In this document: in pieces, positions 61,412 to 64,000 of the stretch
How the letters are laid out: the number at the start of each line of letters is the position of its first letter
How positions within the stretch are numbered: the first letter of the stretch is position 1
Assembly: GCA_963682135.1 (NCBI GenBank)
Contig: OY821645.1
Coordinates: forward strand, 1,184,001 to 1,248,000
Direction: 5' to 3'
DNA: 64,000 nucleotides
DNA from: Methanothrix sp.
GTDB taxonomy: Archaea; Halobacteriota; Methanosarcinia; Methanotrichales; Methanotrichaceae
Position numbers and translations under genes: made by a program
The notes under the pieces: model-generated
What the model was told of the DNA's origin: nothing
The model's database searches: none
Seen by the model: only the letters and a program-made list of their open reading frames with translations

Positions 61412-62902
61412 TTGCTCGATAGAAATGTTCTTTATAGCTCCTATTTTACCAGGGACAAGTTGGTGCACCATCATATAAACTCATTTAATGATTTTATAGA
61501 TAAGGGTCTGCAGAAGGTCATAGATGAAGTAAATATCATCGAGACCAATATCGAGAATACCTATGTGAAGCTGGGCAAGATTCGAGTGGCAAAGCCCATG
61601 GTGCGCGAAGCGGACGGCTCCATCGAGAGGCTCTACCCCAATGATGCCAGGCTTCGCAATTTGACCTATGCCTCGCCCATCAAGCTGGAGATGACCATAG
61701 TGGAAGGCGAGACCGAGAAGGATCTGGTTGAGGCGGACATAGGCACATTGCCTATTATGCTCAACTCCAAGATCTGCAATCTTTCCGGCCTAACTGCAGA
61801 CGAGATGATAACCTATGGTGAGGACCCTTCCGATCCAGGTGGTTATTTCGTGGTCAACGGCTCAGAGCGCGTCATCATGACGTTGGAGGATCTGGCGCCA
61901 AACAAGATTCTGGTCGAATACAACCAGCGCTACGATGAGAATATCGAAGTTGCCAAGGTATTCAGCCAGAGGCAAGGCTACCGCTCCCTGGTTATTGTGG
62001 AGCGCGGCCGCCGCTCCATCCTGGAGGTATCCTTCCCCTCTGTCTCAGGACGACTCAACTTCGTGACACTGCTGCGCTCTCTAGGCATGGACACTGATAT
62101 GGAAATTGTGAAATCCGTATCAGACAATCCTGAAATCATAAAGTTCATGCTGGAAAATCTGGAGGAAGCAGAGGTTTCGACCAATGATGAGGCCCTGGAA
62201 AAAATCGGCGCACGCGTAGCCGCCGGCCAGGCCAAGGAATACCAGAAAAAGAGGGCGACTTATGTCCTGGACAGGTACCTGCTTCCTCACATAGGCGTGG
62301 AGGAGAAGGATCGCTTTTCCAAGGCGCTCTTCCTCTCGCGCATGGCAGAAGCCTGCTTCGAGCTGGCGCTGGAGCGACGCGGCGAGGACGATAAGGATCA
62401 TTACTCCAACAAGAGGCTGAAACTCTCCGGTGATCTGATGGAGGATCTATTCCGGGTGGCTTTCAACCGCTTGACCCGTGACATAAAGTACCAACTGGAG
62501 AGAGCCAGCATGAGAAACAGAGATCTTAATGTGGTGACCACGGTTCGCGCGGACGTCCTCACAGAGAGAATGATTCATCCCCTGGCCACAGGAAACTGGG
62601 TCGGCGGGCGCACAGGTGTCTCCCAGCTTCTGGATCGCACCGACTATATGGCATCGCTCTCCCATCTGCGTCGCGTGATCTCACCCCTCTCCCGATCTCA
62701 ACCGCACTTCGAGGCCAGAGATCTGCATGCTACCCAGTGGGGTCGCATCTGTCCCTGCGAGACTCCGGAAGGGCCGAACTGCGGACTGGTTAAGAACTTC
62801 GCCCAGGGAGTGGAGCTTTCCAAGGGTGCTGACGATTCAGTTAACATCAAGAAAATATTAATGGATTTAGGCGTGATTTCGGTAGGTGGTAATGTTGGCT
62901 GA
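61412..62902 (+). CDS. rpoB2: RNA polymerase subunit B'' (Rpo2N)
   Basis: [33 protein letters not shown]. Confidence 0.97.
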   Translation: MLDRNVLYSSYFTRDKLVHHHINSFNDFIDKGLQKVIDEVNIIETNIENTYVKLGKIRVAKPMVREADGSIERLYPNDARLRNLTYASPIKLEMTIVEGETEKDLVEADIGTLPIMLNSKICNLSGLTADEMITYGEDPSDPGGYFVVNGSERVIMTLEDLAPNKILVEYNQRYDENIEVAKVFSQRQGYRSLVIVERGRRSILEVSFPSVSGRLNFVTLLRSLGMDTDMEIVKSVSDNPEIIKFMLENLEEAEVSTNDEALEKIGARVAAGQAKEYQKKRATYVLDRYLLPHIGVEEKDRFSKALFLSRMAEACFELALERRGEDDKDHYSNKRLKLSGDLMEDLFRVAFNRLTRDIKYQLERASMRNRDLNVVTTVRADVLTERMIHPLATGNWVGGRTGVSQLLDRTDYMASLSHLRRVISPLSRSQPHFEARDLHATQWGRICPCETPEGPNCGLVKNFAQGVELSKGADDSVNIKKILMDLGVISVGGNVG

Positions 62903-64000
62903 AGCCTTGACTAGCGGCGCACGAATTTATGTAAACGGTGAGATCATAGGGCATCATGAAGACCCAAAGGCATTGGTCATGAATTTGCGTCGCCTGCGGC
63001 GTTCCGGCAGCATCAGCAGCCAAATGAACGTGGTCTATTTCGAGGACACCAATGAGATCTTCATGAACAACGACTCCGGCCGGGCCAGAAGGCCGCTCAT
63101 TGTTGTGGAAAACGGAAAGGCGCTGGTAACGCAAGAGCATGTAACCAAGATAAAGAACGGCGAGATGACCTTTGCTGATCTTGTGTCATGCGGCTTGGTC
63201 GAGTATCTGGATGCTGAGGAAGAAGAGAACACCCTCATTGCCATCTGGGAAGAAGATATCAAACCCGATCACACCCATCTGGAGCTGGACCCTTCGCTGA
63301 TTTTGGGCATCGCTGCGGGACTTGTGCCCTATCCGGAGCATAACGCCAGCCCCAGAAATACCATGGGCGCAGGAATGGTCAAGCAATGCCTGGGAATGTC
63401 CACCGCCAATATGAGGCTGCGGCCTGATACACGCGGCCATTATCTGAACAGTCCGCAAAGAGGCATAGTCAGGACCAAGACCTCGGGTGCCATAGGCTTT
63501 GAGGAGAGGCCTGCTGGACAAAATTTCATGGTGGCGGTCCTGGCGTATGAAGGATATAACATTGAAGATGCCTTGGTTATGAACCGCGGTTCTATCCAGC
63601 GCGGTCTTGCTAGGAGCCACTTCTTTCGCGTCTCAGAAGCTGAGGAGCGAAAATATCCGGGTGGCCAGGAGGACAAGTTCGAGATTCCTGATGTGGAGGT
63701 TCGGGGCGCACGAGGCAGTGAAGCTTACGATCAATTAGATTCCGACGGACTTGTCAACCCCAATGCCTATGTTGGCCCCAATGACGTGCTCATCGGCAAG
63801 ACCAGTCCGCCTCGATTCTTGGAGGAGCCTTCTGAGTTCGGCCTGACGCCCCAGCAGAGGCGAGAGACCTCCGTGACCATGCGTTCCAACGAGAAAGGTG
63901 TGGTGGATATGGTCATCCTCACCGAATCCTCTAACGGCAACCGCCTGGCCAAGGTCAAGAGCCGAGACCAGCGCATTCCGGAATTAGGTGACAAATTCGC
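62892..64000 (+). CDS. rpoB1: RNA polymerase subunit B' (Rpo2C), runs off window
   Basis: Hand-read frame [33 protein letters not shown] at the window edge. Confidence 0.95.
   Translation, partial: MLAEALTSGARIYVNGEIIGHHEDPKALVMNLRRLRRSGSISSQMNVVYFEDTNEIFMNNDSGRARRPLIVVENGKALVTQEHVTKIKNGEMTFADLVSCGLVEYLDAEEEENTLIAIWEEDIKPDHTHLELDPSLILGIAAGLVPYPEHNASPRNTMGAGMVKQCLGMSTANMRLRPDTRGHYLNSPQRGIVRTKTSGAIGFEERPAGQNFMVAVLAYEGYNIEDALVMNRGSIQRGLARSHFFRVSEAEERKYPGGQEDKFEIPDVEVRGARGSEAYDQLDSDGLVNPNAYVGPNDVLIGKTSPPRFLEEPSEFGLTPQQRRETSVTMRSNEKGVVDMVILTESSNGNRLAKVKSRDQRIPELGDKF

Overview
Archaeal chromosomal window from an acetoclastic methanogen, most likely Methanothrix (Methanosaeta). This rests on the mcrBDGA operon with a Methanothrix-type McrA N-terminus, fwdDBAC, split rpoB and an intron-containing tRNA-Lys. 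Housekeeping blocks (topA, mcrBDGA, hflX-srp19, nifB, moaA, cobalt chelatase/ABC genes, purP-like, fwdDBAC, leuD/leuB, rpoH/B''/B') flank two accessory tracts at about 22.3-31.6 kb and 40.2-52.7 kb. These tracts hold toxin-antitoxin and defence-type genes (GNAT, MNT-HEPN, IrrE-DUF4411, HicAB, VapBC, MazEF remnant, TIR proteins, SLATT, TPR-HEPN, serpin). The most unusual signal is their architecture. Cargo modules are separated by decayed copies of the 3' ends of ordinary genes (moaA, thiL x2, rpiA, a DUF523-like gene x3) and by a recurring GC-rich hairpin repeat. No integrase was found in the window, which suggests an undescribed homology-arm/hairpin cassette-accretion process. Two highly structured non-coding segments (1978-2198 on the minus strand, 32325-32726 on the plus strand) look like large ncRNAs I do not recognise. 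All calls were made by eye from the sequence and ORF track; no database searches were run.
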